Below are positions 19,377-30,045 of a stretch of DNA of 64,000 nt, piece by piece. Each line of letters opens with the position of its first letter. Positions within the stretch are counted from its first letter, which is position 1. The notes under the pieces were generated by a model that saw nothing but the letters and a program-made list of their open reading frames with translations, made no database searches and was not told where the DNA came from. The translations under genes and the position numbers were made by a program. This DNA is from an uncultured delta proteobacterium (GTDB lineage: Bacteria > Desulfobacterota > Desulfomonilia > UBA1062): the NCBI GenBank assembly GCA_963752595.1, contig CAVVYZ010000013.1, positions 128,001 through 192,000 of the forward strand, read 5' to 3'.

Positions 19377-20579
19377 ATGCCTGTCTTCAAACCGATAAAA
19401 TTGACCGACCATGTTTACTGGGTGGGCGCCATAGACTGGACGATCAGGGATTTTCACGGTTACACGACCAAACGCGGGAGTACCTACAACGCCTACCTCA
19501 TCCTGGCGGATAAGATCACCCTCGTGGATACGGTCAAAGCGCCCTTCAAGGAATGAGATGATGGCCCGGATGGCATCCCTGGTCGACCCCAAACGCATCG
19601 ATTATATCGTATCGAACCACTCCGAAATGGATCACTCCGGATGCCTTGCCAGAAGTCATCGATGAGGTCCGGCCGGAAAAGGTCTTTGCCTCCGCCATGG
19701 GCGCCAAGGCGCTGAAGGAGCATTTCAGAATCGACCGGGAAATCGTGCCGGTCAAGGACGGCGACGGAGCTCAGTCTCGGCAACCTCACCCTGTCCTTTA
19801 CGGAAACCCGGATGCTCCACTGGCCGGACAGCATGTTCAGCTATCTCAAGGAGGAAAAGCTCCTCTTCTCCCAGGATGCCTTCGGGATGCACCTTGCATC
19901 GTCGGAGAGGTTTGCCGACGAGGTGGACGAGTCGATCCTCGATTACGAAGCGGCAACCTACTATGCCAATATTCTCCTGCCCTACTCGCAGCTCATCATC
20001 AGTCTCCTGGATAAGGTGGAAAAGGCGGGCATTCCCATCGATATCATCGCCCCTGACCACGGACCGATATGGCGCAAGGACTTGGGCAGGATCCTTTCCG
20101 GTACCGGAAGTGGGCCCTGCAGAAGCCTGGAAACAAGGCGGTCGTCCTCTATCACACCATGTGGCACAGCACCGAGCTCATGGCGAGGGCCATCGAGGAA
20201 GGCCTGAGAGAAGGGGGGCACCGCGACAAAGGTCATGTCCATGGGCTCGTTTCACCGGAGCGATGCAGCCTACGAGGTCCTCGACGCAGGAGCGCTCGTT
20301 GCCGGGTCATCAACACTCAACAATAACATGCTTCCCGCCATGGCGGATGTCCTGACCTACCTGAAAGGTCTGAAGCCGAAGAATCTGATCGGCGCGGCAT
20401 TCGGGTCCTACGGCTGGAGCGGGGAAGCAGCCTCGCATATCAGGGATATCCTTGCAGAGATGAAGGTAGACCTTGTTGCGGAGCCGGTAAAAGCGAAGTA
20501 TGTGCCGGATGAGGAGATTCTGAAGGCATGCTTTGAACTGGGGAAGACCATTTCGGCCAAGCTTAAAGAGATTGCGTAA
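19377..20579 (+). CDS. fprA: FprA family flavodiiron protein (rubredoxin:oxygen/NO oxidoreductase), broken by several frameshifts
   Basis: [70 protein letters not shown] spread over three frames. Confidence 0.92.
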
Positions 20580-20617
20580 GGAATCAGAGTAATTTAAAAA
20601 ACCATGTGGAGGAACGA

Positions 20618-20779
20618 ATGCAGAAATACGTGTGTCAGGTGTGCGGCTATATCTATGATCCCGAGGAGGGAGACCCCGAGGGCGACATCGCTGCAGGAAC
20701 CCCGTTCGATAAATTACCGGATGACTGGGCCTGCCCGGTGTGCGGCGCTTCGAAGGATGAATTCTCCCCTGAGGCGTGA
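20618..20779 (+). CDS. rub: Rubredoxin (53 aa, not in ORF track)
   Basis: [20 protein letters not shown]...[23 protein letters not shown]; RBS GGAGG. Confidence 0.97.
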   Translation: MQKYVCQVCGYIYDPEEGDPEGDIAAGTPFDKLPDDWACPVCGASKDEFSPEA

Positions 20780-20823
20780 TCTCCTGATCCTGTCGCAATG
20801 GCGGGCTTCCAGAGGATCGATCA

Positions 20824-21708
20824 TTGAAAAGAGAAAAAGGTAACGATTTGCAGGAACGGCTTGAAAGTGTGAAAACGAGAAAGGAATTGCAGAGGGAACG
20901 GATACCTTCCCCCGGCATGAGGGTATTCATTCAAGAGATCTACGAGAGATACCACCGTGCCGAATTCATCTCTCCCGATCCCCTGGAGGTGCTCTATTTT
21001 TATGAGGACCCTCTCGATCGCGAGGTCGTAGGCCTGATCGCCTCTTCACTTGCCTATGGAAGGGTTCCGCAGATACTCAAGAGCGTGGGAAACGTATTGA
21101 AAGCGATGGGTCCGTCTCCGAGGGGGTTTCTCGAAGATGCCTCCGAAGCCTCTTTGAGGGAGGCATTCCGCGGATTCAAGCATAGGTTTACGACGGACGC
21201 CGAGCTTGTGGATCTCCTCCTCGGCATTCAGGGTGCTGTCCGGAAATATGGATCGCTCCAGGCATGCTTTCTCGCGGGGTTTAACCTTAATGATGAGACC
21301 GTCCTGCCGGCGCTGTCTGGCTTTGTCCGGGAGATAGGGAAGAGAAGCGGCCGCGAGTACACCAGCCTCGTCTCGATACCGGAGAAGAAGAGCGCATGCA
21401 AAAGGCTCAATCTTTTTCTCCGATGGATGGTCAGGTCGGATGAAATCGACCCCGGATGCTGGACAGGCGTTTCTCCGGCAAAGCTGATCATACCCCTCGA
21501 TACCCACATGTTCCGTATCTGCACAGGGCTGGGCATGACTTCGAGATCACAGGCCGACATGAGGACCGCCCAGGAGATTACGGCATGGTTTCGAAAGATC
21601 AATGGAAAAGATCCCGTGCGGTATGACTTTTCGCTGACCAGGCTGGGTATACGCAAGGTCGGAGGATTGTCAAGTGTGTTGAAAAAATACACAGGTCCTT
21701 TGGTATGA
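20824..21708 (+). CDS. TIGR02757 family protein (HhH-GPD-related); true start may be 20917
   Basis: FISPDPL, DREVVGLIASSLAYG, SACKRLNLFLRWMVR, LIIPLDTH, DPVRYDFSL. Confidence 0.88.
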   Translation: MKREKGNDLQERLESVKTRKELQRERIPSPGMRVFIQEIYERYHRAEFISPDPLEVLYFYEDPLDREVVGLIASSLAYGRVPQILKSVGNVLKAMGPSPRGFLEDASEASLREAFRGFKHRFTTDAELVDLLLGIQGAVRKYGSLQACFLAGFNLNDETVLPALSGFVREIGKRSGREYTSLVSIPEKKSACKRLNLFLRWMVRSDEIDPGCWTGVSPAKLIIPLDTHMFRICTGLGMTSRSQADMRTAQEITAWFRKINGKDPVRYDFSLTRLGIRKVGGLSSVLKKYTGPLV

Positions 21709-21730
21709 GGCCGGAGGAGAGGAGGGTGAT

Positions 21731-22228
21731 ATGGATGACAGAGTGCGTGAAGCCATGTTTCAGGCCTATACAGGTGAATCCAAAGCGAGCCTGAGATTGA
21801 AAGTCTATGCGGATAAGGCTCAGCAGGAAGGGTATCCCCAGCTGGCAAAGCTCTTTCAAGTGATCTCGTTTTCAGAGGAGCTTCATGGCAAGAGGGCTTT
21901 GAGGCTGCTCAAGGAGATTAAGAGCACGGAAGAAAACCTTGCAGCCAGCTTCGAGTCCGAAACAAAAGTCGCGGGCGTAGCCTACGATCAGTTCATCAAG
22001 TATGCTGAAGAAACCGGTGACAGGGCTTCGTCGCTCTATTTCAGCCAATCCAAGGATGTAGAGGAAATCCATGCCAAATTATATAAGGAGGCGATGGACC
22101 ACGTCCTGGAAGAGAGAGAGACTACCTATTTCGTCTGTGATGTCTGCGGTTTCGTATCAGACGGCGTTCTCCCTGATGAGTGTCCGGTCTGTGCTGCGAA
22201 AAAAGAACGGTTCGTCGCATTCGAATAG
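21731..22228 (+). CDS. Rubrerythrin family protein
   Basis: AYTGESKA, EELH, EEIH, C-terminal CDVCG...CPVC. Confidence 0.92.
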   Translation: MDDRVREAMFQAYTGESKASLRLKVYADKAQQEGYPQLAKLFQVISFSEELHGKRALRLLKEIKSTEENLAASFESETKVAGVAYDQFIKYAEETGDRASSLYFSQSKDVEEIHAKLYKEAMDHVLEERETTYFVCDVCGFVSDGVLPDECPVCAAKKERFVAFE

Positions 22229-22332
22229 GGTCGTGAAGGAATCGAAAGGCGGGACCGAAACAAGGGAATATTCTCAACGAATGGTACATGGCTTTCGAAG
22301 ATAATACAAAGGTGTGAGGCGTTCCTTTGTCT

Positions 22333-22506
22333 TTAAAATTCAGTGATCAAGGATTCGCTCTGATCGGACACCAGACTGCGGGCAGGACGCCCCAGGATAT
22401 CCGACCAATAGGCCTCGTATTCGCGGCAGCCCTTTTTCAGGCCGCCTAGTGTCTTGATGCCGAGTCGTGCAAGCTGTTCCAAGATCTCTCTTCTTGTCAG
22501 CGACAT
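22333..22506 (-). CDS. Small hypothetical protein (57 aa)
   Basis: Hand translation MSLTRREILEQLARLGIKTLGGLKKGCREYEAYWSDILGRPARSLVSDQSESLITEF*, preceded by GAGGT; fills an otherwise empty gap. Confidence 0.5.
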   Translation of the reverse strand: MSLTRREILEQLARLGIKTLGGLKKGCREYEAYWSDILGRPARSLVSDQSESLITEF

Positions 22507-22639
22507 GATCTGCTACCTCGCGTTACGCCCTCATATCCAGTTCAATACAGTACTGACACATCTCTATATATCAAAAGAGGAGAACCCTGCCAAGGAAATA
22601 ATGAGTGTTCAATGTTGCTTCTCTTTCCGAAGGCCGCTG

Positions 22640-23929
22640 TCACTCTCTTTCCGGGGAGGAGGCCCATCTCCAGTGCAAAAGGTCCGACAGGAATCCGACC
22701 TGTCCATACTCCGGGCCTCGTTCATAGGAGAAGAGGAACGACAGGCAAAAGCGCGATTCTGCATTTTTTCTGCAATAGGAAACCGTATGCCACAGGATAT
22801 CCAGCTCCGATGATTCGGGAGTGTTTTTTCCATTGGCCAGGGTCAGCAGGGGGAGGTAGTTTTTCCTGAAGCCTTCATCATGAAAGGGAAAGACCCAGGG
22901 GAAATACCACAGTGAATGATCGGGAAATTTGTGTTTGTGCCACAAAGGCCACACGGTGAGGGATTCGGATTCGACCACCTCTTTTTTTATCGTTTTTGCT
23001 TTCGAACCCAAGATCAGGATACTCATGGTATCCTGCCGGATATTCGTACGGGAATCAAAGCTTGAAACGTGCCGGTAAAAAGGCCAGAGGATCGTCTGCA
23101 TCCGATAGGCATCCCCGTCGATCTTCGACCAGTAGAAGGGGAGGAACTCGCGTTCTTCATATGCGCCGGAGGCATAGCGTACAAGGGGCCACGGGAAGCT
23201 TACGCTCGTATGCTCAGGACTGGTGTTGCGGTTGTAGGTAAAGAACGGCCAGAGGATTGATATTCCCCGGTAGGTGTCGTTCCGGCTGTAATAGAAGAAG
23301 GGGAGGAACGCGTCTATGTTCTCGACCCCTCTCCTGTGGTGGATAAAGGGCCAGAGGACGTAGTCATGCCGGTAGTTGATGGTCTTTTCATAACCGTAGA
23401 GGGGGAAGATCTGGAATTCCCTGCCGCTCGAATACTTCAGGAACGGCCAGAGGATAGAGTAGGTCTCCTGGTCGTCATCGACGGTCTCGGTGTAGAGAGG
23501 CCAGAGGACGAAACGGATCCTGTCGTGGCCGAAGCGGTTCAGCAGGTTCCCGTAGAAAGGGAAAAACCCTCCATAAGTCTGATCATGGTATCTGCCGTAT
23601 GTGAAGAGCAGAAGGTCAAAGGTTTCTACATCTTTCTGATCCGAATGCTTGAACAGGGGAACGAAATATGAATTATTTGCTGTGCTCCGGCCAAGGGGAT
23701 AGAGGATGTCGGTTTGGGTATCGTCCCGGTAGAAAAGGGGTCGTACTGCCGTTGAGCCGGATGAAAACTCCAGGAGGGGGCCGGCGATCGAGAGGTCATA
23801 CTGCTGGTCGTCCGATTCGTAGCGTAAAAGGGGGGAGAAGTTGATATGTGCGGCACGCACACCGTCCGCGCCGGGAAAAGAAATCATCACGAGGCTGAGA
23901 GTCAGGAAGGCAATCAGCCGGTAACGCAT
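22640..23929 (-). CDS. Exported hypothetical protein with many aromatic (W/F)P(F/L) repeats
   Basis: Signal peptide MRYRLIAFLTLSLVMISF; VLWPLY, ILWPFL, IFPLY, VLWPFI, FLPFF, ILWPFF, FPWPLV, FLPFY, ILWPFY, VWPLW. Confidence 0.75.
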   Translation of the reverse strand: MRYRLIAFLTLSLVMISFPGADGVRAAHINFSPLLRYESDDQQYDLSIAGPLLEFSSGSTAVRPLFYRDDTQTDILYPLGRSTANNSYFVPLFKHSDQKDVETFDLLLFTYGRYHDQTYGGFFPFYGNLLNRFGHDRIRFVLWPLYTETVDDDQETYSILWPFLKYSSGREFQIFPLYGYEKTINYRHDYVLWPFIHHRRGVENIDAFLPFFYYSRNDTYRGISILWPFFTYNRNTSPEHTSVSFPWPLVRYASGAYEEREFLPFYWSKIDGDAYRMQTILWPFYRHVSSFDSRTNIRQDTMSILILGSKAKTIKKEVVESESLTVWPLWHKHKFPDHSLWYFPWVFPFHDEGFRKNYLPLLTLANGKNTPESSELDILWHTVSYCRKNAESRFCLSFLFSYERGPEYGQVGFLSDLLHWRWASSPERE

Positions 23930-23936
23930 GTCTTGC

Positions 23937-24962
23937 TTACCAGATGAAGCCCAGGATCGTTCCCATGACCGTGATGGGCACCTGTTCGTTGAGACCCTGT
24001 GCGGCAAGGTTCGCATTCCGGACCGCTTCGTTGAGATTCACATACAGCTCATCGTCCGAAAGTATCCGGCCCAGGGTGCCTTTCCCGGTTGCGAGGTTAT
24101 CGGTAATGATCTTGATGTTCTCGGAAACGGTTACTAGGTTGTTGTAGAGAGTCGGGTCGCTTAGGAGCATGCTCAATGATCCGTCTTCCTCTATATTCGA
24201 GGAGAGCTTCTGGAGCGATTCCAGCGAGCTCTGGAGCGAAATGTAGAGGCTGTCGTCATACACCAGTTTTCCGATCGTGCCGTTGCCCGATTTGACCGTG
24301 CCCATGATATCGTTTAAATCCCGGGATGTACCGGTAAAATTCTCGGAAATATCTACCAGGGCAACGCTCACATCTTTCATGCTCGTTATGATTGTCGAGA
24401 TGTCTTCTTTGTTTTCGGCTATTAAGCTCGCAGAGTCTTCACTGAGCTGCTGGAAGTTGCTCAATATCGCGTGCAGCCTTTCTTCATCTCCGAGGGTGTT
24501 GTTCAAGGCTCCGGTCAGCTCTGTCAGATTGCTTGCGATCTGACCGATCTGTTCGAGGAGGCTGTCCAGGGAAGGGGGAACGGAGGTACGGGCAAGGTTG
24601 CCTTCGGGTTCGATCGTATTCTTGGAAGTGCCCGGCTTTATGATGATGACCTTATCTCCAAGCACGCCTTTTGTGGCGATCGATGCCGTGCTGTCGATGG
24701 GGATCCTGATATCCTCGTCGACTGCCGCCGTTACTACCGCCGAATAATCTTTATTCAGGGATATCCCCTTTACGCTCCCGACCTGAACTCCTGCCAGTTC
24801 GAGCTGAGAGCCTATTTTCAGTCCCTCGACCGTTGAGAAAACCATGGTGATGTTGTACGTTGCTTTCTTCCCGAATTGCAGCTCACCTATCTGGAAAGCC
24901 AAAACGATAAAGGTAACGATGATGGCTACGACAAAGATGCCCACCTTGACTTCATTATTCAT
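23937..24962 (-). CDS. MlaD/MCE family protein with long helical C-terminus
   Basis: MNNEVKVGIFV, VEGLKIGSQLELAGVQVGSV, IATKGVLGDKVI; three G(T/S)(I/L)xxL..D..LY repeats. Confidence 0.9.
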   Translation of the reverse strand: MNNEVKVGIFVVAIIVTFIVLAFQIGELQFGKKATYNITMVFSTVEGLKIGSQLELAGVQVGSVKGISLNKDYSAVVTAAVDEDIRIPIDSTASIATKGVLGDKVIIIKPGTSKNTIEPEGNLARTSVPPSLDSLLEQIGQIASNLTELTGALNNTLGDEERLHAILSNFQQLSEDSASLIAENKEDISTIITSMKDVSVALVDISENFTGTSRDLNDIMGTVKSGNGTIGKLVYDDSLYISLQSSLESLQKLSSNIEEDGSLSMLLSDPTLYNNLVTVSENIKIITDNLATGKGTLGRILSDDELYVNLNEAVRNANLAAQGLNEQVPITVMGTILGFIW

Positions 24963-24989
24963 AGACACCCCGTACTCCGGCACATCAAG

Positions 24990-26552
24990 TTATTTGAGCA
25001 GCTCATGTATCTTCTCTTTCAGTTCATCGCGCGGCTTCGTACTCAACGCAGAAGACTTGAGATAATAATCGAGGGCCTTCTTGTTTTTCCCCATGCTTTT
25101 CAGAATATCTCCCATGTGTTCATGGATGGTAGGATCCGTATCGAGTTTTTCAACGGCTTTCTTAACGTATTCATATGCCTTCTGCAGCTTTCCCTGCCTG
25201 TAGAGAACCCAGGCCATGGAATCGAGGATATAAGGATCATCGGGCCGTGCTTTCAGTGCCTCTTTGATCATCTTATATGCCTTGTCCAGCTTTATTCCCT
25301 GGTCTGCCAGGACGTATCCGACCAGATTGAGTGCAACCGGGTCATGGGGATTGCTCGAAAGGAGCTTGTTGGCGATATCAAGTCCTTCATCCCTCCTCCC
25401 CACGGTGTCCAGCTCGGTGGCAAGCTGATATCCCACCTCGTTGCAGGCGGTTTTCGGTGAGAAATAATCCCATGCGGAAAGCAGCTCGTTGATGGCCTCT
25501 TCCTGTCTGCCGAGCTCTTTTAAGATGGATGACCTCAGCATCGCAGTTTCGCATCCGAACCTGCTGGTGACAGGAACTTCGGAAAGTGCATCCAGCGCAT
25601 CTTCAAACCTGTTGAGCTTGGTATAGGTAATGGCGAGATAATACGAGTCTTCGATCGTCGGTTCCTTGATGGCGGCAAGGTTGGCCAGGGCATCTTCATA
25701 GTTGGCTTCCTGAAGATTGAGCAGTACGAGCTTTCGCACGATCTGAACGTCGTCATTGAGCTGCTTGAGCTTTATGAGCTGTTCGATGGCGTCTTTATAC
25801 CTGTTCGTCGAGATGTAGAGGTCGGTAAGCGCGATGAGGGCTTCCAGCGAATACGGTTCGAGCTCAAGGTACTTTTTATAGGTAGCTTCTGCCTGCTTCG
25901 TCTCTTTCGACAGCTCATAGGTCTTACCCAGGTCGAGGTAAGCAGGGGCGAATTTCGGATTCTGTTCGATAACCTTTTTCAAGGCTTCTTTGGCACAGAC
26001 GTAATCTTTACTCCCCTGGCAGGCCTTGGAAAGGGTATACAGGATCATGCCGTCATCCCCGTTCTTTAAGAGGCCGCGAAGGAGTTTTTCCGCACCCTTG
26101 AAATCGGATACGATGATCTTGAGATTGGCAAGGAACAGCTTGAGCTGGCCATTGTCAGGGTATTTTTCCGCGAGGACCTCGGTGTCCTTGATTGCCTGCT
26201 GCCAGTCGCCTTTGCGGGCATAGATCTTGGTTCTGAGTTCAAGCGCCTCATCGACATGGGAACCTGTTTCGATGAGCCCATCGACAAATTTTAAAGCATT
26301 GTCCGGCTGATTGAGGATAAAGTAGATCCTTGCCTGGGCCAGCAAGGCAAAGGGATCTTTGATCTTCGCGTAGAGATCCAGCGCCGTGCTCCAGTTTCCC
26401 TGATTCTCCTCATACCGTGCAAGGAGAAGCTGGAGATACGGGTTGTCCGTCTGGCCGGGTGAAACAGCAGCTTTATCGGGAGAGACGTGTGCGCATCCGA
26501 CAATGCTGAAACAAAAGGCAGCAGCAACGATCAGGTTAATGAATCTGGGCAT
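24990..26552 (-). CDS. TPR-repeat lipoprotein
   Basis: Lipobox IVGC after [13 protein letters not shown]; TPR repeats; ALNLVGYVLAD, PDDPYILDSMAWV, IHEHMGDI. Confidence 0.88.
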   Translation of the reverse strand: MPRFINLIVAAAFCFSIVGCAHVSPDKAAVSPGQTDNPYLQLLLARYEENQGNWSTALDLYAKIKDPFALLAQARIYFILNQPDNALKFVDGLIETGSHVDEALELRTKIYARKGDWQQAIKDTEVLAEKYPDNGQLKLFLANLKIIVSDFKGAEKLLRGLLKNGDDGMILYTLSKACQGSKDYVCAKEALKKVIEQNPKFAPAYLDLGKTYELSKETKQAEATYKKYLELEPYSLEALIALTDLYISTNRYKDAIEQLIKLKQLNDDVQIVRKLVLLNLQEANYEDALANLAAIKEPTIEDSYYLAITYTKLNRFEDALDALSEVPVTSRFGCETAMLRSSILKELGRQEEAINELLSAWDYFSPKTACNEVGYQLATELDTVGRRDEGLDIANKLLSSNPHDPVALNLVGYVLADQGIKLDKAYKMIKEALKARPDDPYILDSMAWVLYRQGKLQKAYEYVKKAVEKLDTDPTIHEHMGDILKSMGKNKKALDYYLKSSALSTKPRDELKEKIHELLK

Positions 26553-27191
26553 TTGCAATCTCGAACATCTCCTTGATAGTATTTTCCGGAGAGCTGCTGT
26601 TGAATATGCTCGACCCGGCAACGACCACCCCGACCCCCTTGCGTAAGACCAACCCGAGATTATCCTTTCCTATTCCGCCGTCGATCTGGATGAGGATATC
26701 CTTACCCGATACGAGCTTGGCCGCCTTTTCGATCTTGGGGAGTACGGCATCGATGAATTTCTGTCCGCCGAACCCCGGGTTGACGCTCATGATCAATACG
26801 AGGCCGGCAGCATCCAGACAGTACTCTATGGTGTCCAGAGGGGTTGCGGGGTTCAGGGACACGCCCGGAGTGCATCCCAGCTCTCGTATCCGCGTGAGGG
26901 TCCGGTGAAGGTGGGTGCATGCCTCCACATGGACGGTGATCCCGTTTGCCCCTGCTTCGGCGAATGCCTCGAGGTATCTGTCAGGGTCTGAAATCATCAG
27001 GTGGCAGTCAAGGTATGCTGTGGTAACGGCCCTGAGTGCCGTACCACAAGGGGGCCTATCGTGATGTTGGGCACGAAACAGCCGTCCATGACATCCACAT
27101 GGATCCATTGTGCCCCGGCCGATACGACCTTTCCGATCTCTGCTCCGAGGCGGGAAAAATCAGCTGACAGTATTGACGGCGCAAGGATCAT
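26536..27191 (-). CDS. rpe: Ribulose-phosphate 3-epimerase (one frameshift ~27045)
   Basis: [29 protein letters not shown] / [32 protein letters not shown]. Confidence 0.94.
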
Positions 27192-27316
27192 CTTTGCATT
27201 TCCCTTTATTTTCACCTTTTCGATCTCTGATAATTCGATCAACCTGATATTTTCTCTCTCTTCCTACCACGTATCCTTCAAGATTGCTGCACATATTTTG
27301 CCCGATATTACCGGCC

Positions 27317-28258
27317 TTACATCCTGCCCAGCATCATTTCCCTCGCGTGGAGCCCGACGGAAAATGCATGGCCGTCCATTGCCTTCTTCCCTTCGAGCTG
27401 CAGATTTTCAGGGACGATGAATCCCCCGGAGCAGGCAATCTTCAGGCCCTGTCCCGTCTTTGAGCATTGTCCCGACGGGCCGTGCTCATGAGTGCCGAGC
27501 TAATATCTGCTGCGCAGGATTTTTAATATCTTTGCCTCCAGGTACGTATACGCACACGGCCAGGGAACAAGCCCCCGGACCATGTTATGGATTGTCTTCG
27601 GATCCTTTCCCCAGTCGATCTCTCCTTCTTCCTTTGCGAGCATGGGGGCGTAGGTGGCTTCCTCGTGCCGTCTGAGGCACAGCCTTGATATTGCCCTGCC
27701 CGAGAAGCTTCAGTGTCTCAAGGAGTTTTTCGGCCCCGAGTTCGCTCAGTCTGTGAGACAGGCTTATCGCATCATCTTCATCCGTGATCGGGGCTTTAGC
27801 TTCGAGGAAGACAGGCCCTGAATCCATGCCGGAATCGATCTGCATGATGCTCACGCCGGTGATGGTGCATCCTTCTATGATCGCCCGGTTGATCGGGGCT
27901 GCGCCCCTGAAGCGTGGGAGCAGCGATGCATGGACGTTGACGAAGCCGTGCTTCGGGAGGCCCAGCATCCTGTCAGGAATCATCTTCCCGTATGCGACAA
28001 CGATGACCGCATCTAGGTCTTCCTTTTTTGACGGCCTCGAGAATTTCAGGATTTCCTTTGAGCTTCTGGGGCTGGAGCACCGGGATGCCATGCTCCAGTG
28101 CAAGAAACTTGACCGGGGGCATCTGGAGCTGCACGGCCTCTTCCTTTAGGTTTGTCCGGCTGGGTGATGACTATTGACACCTCATGGGCCTTTTCAAGGA
28201 TCAATGCCTTGAGGGTCGGCAGGGCAAACTCCGGAGTGCCCATGAAGGCCAGTCTCAT
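27317..28258 (-). CDS. fmt: Methionyl-tRNA formyltransferase (several frameshifts)
   Basis: [54 protein letters not shown]. Confidence 0.93.
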
Positions 28259-28756
28259 ATCTTCCCTTTTCTTCTCTTTTTCAGATAGATGGATCTTTTC
28301 AGGAAGGAGGCATAGTCCAGAATAACGACGCCGTTGAGGTGGTCTATCTCATGCTGAAATATTCTTGCAAGGAAGCCTTCGGCCTCTATCCGCACCTCTT
28401 TGCCCTTGAGGTCGATACCCGAGTACCAGGATCCTCGTTGACCGGGTGACATCGACGGATGTCTCGGGTACGCTTAAGCACATCTCGCTGTCCGTCTCGG
28501 CCCCTTCTTTCTCGATGATCACCGGGTTGGCAAGCACGATGAGCCTATTCTCTTCCTTGCCGGTAGTCGGGTCGACAACAATGAGCCGCTTATGCTGTCC
28601 GACCTGGGGCGCGGCGAGACCCACTCCGGGGGCGGCATACATGGTCTGTGTCATGTCTTCGGCAAGGTTGACGATATCAAGATCGATATTTTCTACCTCG
28701 TCAGCCTTGGATTTGAGGACACTGTCGGGATAGAGTACGATTTCTTTTTTCGGCAT
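28255..28756 (-). CDS. def: Peptide deformylase (frameshift ~28420)
   Basis: [27 protein letters not shown]. Confidence 0.95.
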
Positions 28757-29148
28757 AATAAATATAAAATAAGACTAAAGGTCTTACTCTGTCAAGTAGG
28801 CCTATTCCTTAGAGTTTACCTGTTGGGGAATAATGGGGGATTCCGGTACTTCTGGTATTGGGAACACTTAGTATTGTACCTGCATACCTTGCAGACATCG
28901 AGTGCTACCTTGGGTGATCCTTTGCGTTTATGGCATAAAATATATGTTCTCATGGAGTTTTGTATCCTAAAGATGAAAAAGCTGTTCTTGTGATGTCGTC
29001 CGATACCTTAAAACACGGCCTGGAGCTTAACAAATCCATCTTCACTCCGTGATTTCACCATAGCATATCCGGAGACGAGGTCAAGCCTATGATGAAGGGT
29101 CCCATTGGATAAAGAGGCTCCCGTCGTAACCATCGCGATGAGCCCGAT

Positions 29149-29984
29149 TCAGTACGGAAAGCATACGGCATGTACCGTCATCTTTTTTCCCGGACTTCTG
29201 TTCGAGGTGAAGAGCACCTCCCCCGCCTTCCCTGGATGAGGAAGTCGGAAACTTGCCGGTAAGCGGGGTGGGCTCCCAGTTGATCTCGATCACATGGCAG
29301 TTCGACTTCATGCAGTGGGATACCCCCGATCCCCCTGAGGAGGGAATTCATCCCTTGGCGATCCTGGGCAGGGAAGCGGCGGGCTCCACCTGGGCGGAGG
29401 TGCCGATCACGAGCATGAGGTCGCAGTCGTCCGCCTCACGGAAGGATCTCTTCAGCGCATCCTGGGGTATCGCCTCGCCGAAGAAGACTGCATCGGGCTT
29501 CAGACCCCTCTGCACCTGCATTTCGGCGTGAACGGCCCTTTTCCAGCTCCTCGAGCACATGCTCATAGCCATATTTTTACCGCATTTCATGCACCTTGCG
29601 AAGAGCATGTTGCCGTGGAACTCGATGACATTGCGGTTGCCGGCCTTCTGGTGGAGGTTGTCCACATTCTGGGTGATGACGGTCTTGACGATCCCTATTT
29701 TCTCCAGATAGGCCAGCGCCTTGTGGCCCGGTATTCGGCTGGGCATCCCAGAGCGTGAACTCGCTGGATCGGTGCATATCGAGCATGCACCTCCAGACGT
29801 CTTCAGGGTCGGCGAGAAAACGTTCGATGAAAAACATGGTAGGATCGTACCGCTCCCATATCCCGCCGGGGGATCTGAAGTCAGGCACGCCGGATTCCGT
29901 GGATATCCCGGCACCGGTGAGAACGACTGCATGGGCTGCTTCCAGCAGGAGATCCACGGTCTTATCAATGAGGCGCAAATCCAT
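29149..29984 (-). CDS. cobB: NAD-dependent protein deacylase (Sir2/CobB family), frameshifted; 3' end approximate
   Basis: TGAGISTESGVPDFR, ITQNVDNLHQKAG, EFHGN, KPDAVFFGE, IGTSAQVEPAASLP, IEINWEPTP. Confidence 0.88.
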
Positions 29985-30045
29985 GAAATCGCTTTATCAG
30001 AGGCGGCAGTTAAGGTCAAATAGAAGATACCGTCAGGCAATAGGA

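Noticed and set aside
19551-19560. TGA in fprA as selenocysteine
   Set aside because: Homology continues in another frame, so this is an indel; the position is not a Cys site
17496-22228. Oxidative-stress cluster as an island integrated at tRNA-Leu
   Set aside because: The cluster lies on the tRNA's 5' side; no integrase and no duplicated tRNA 3' end were seen
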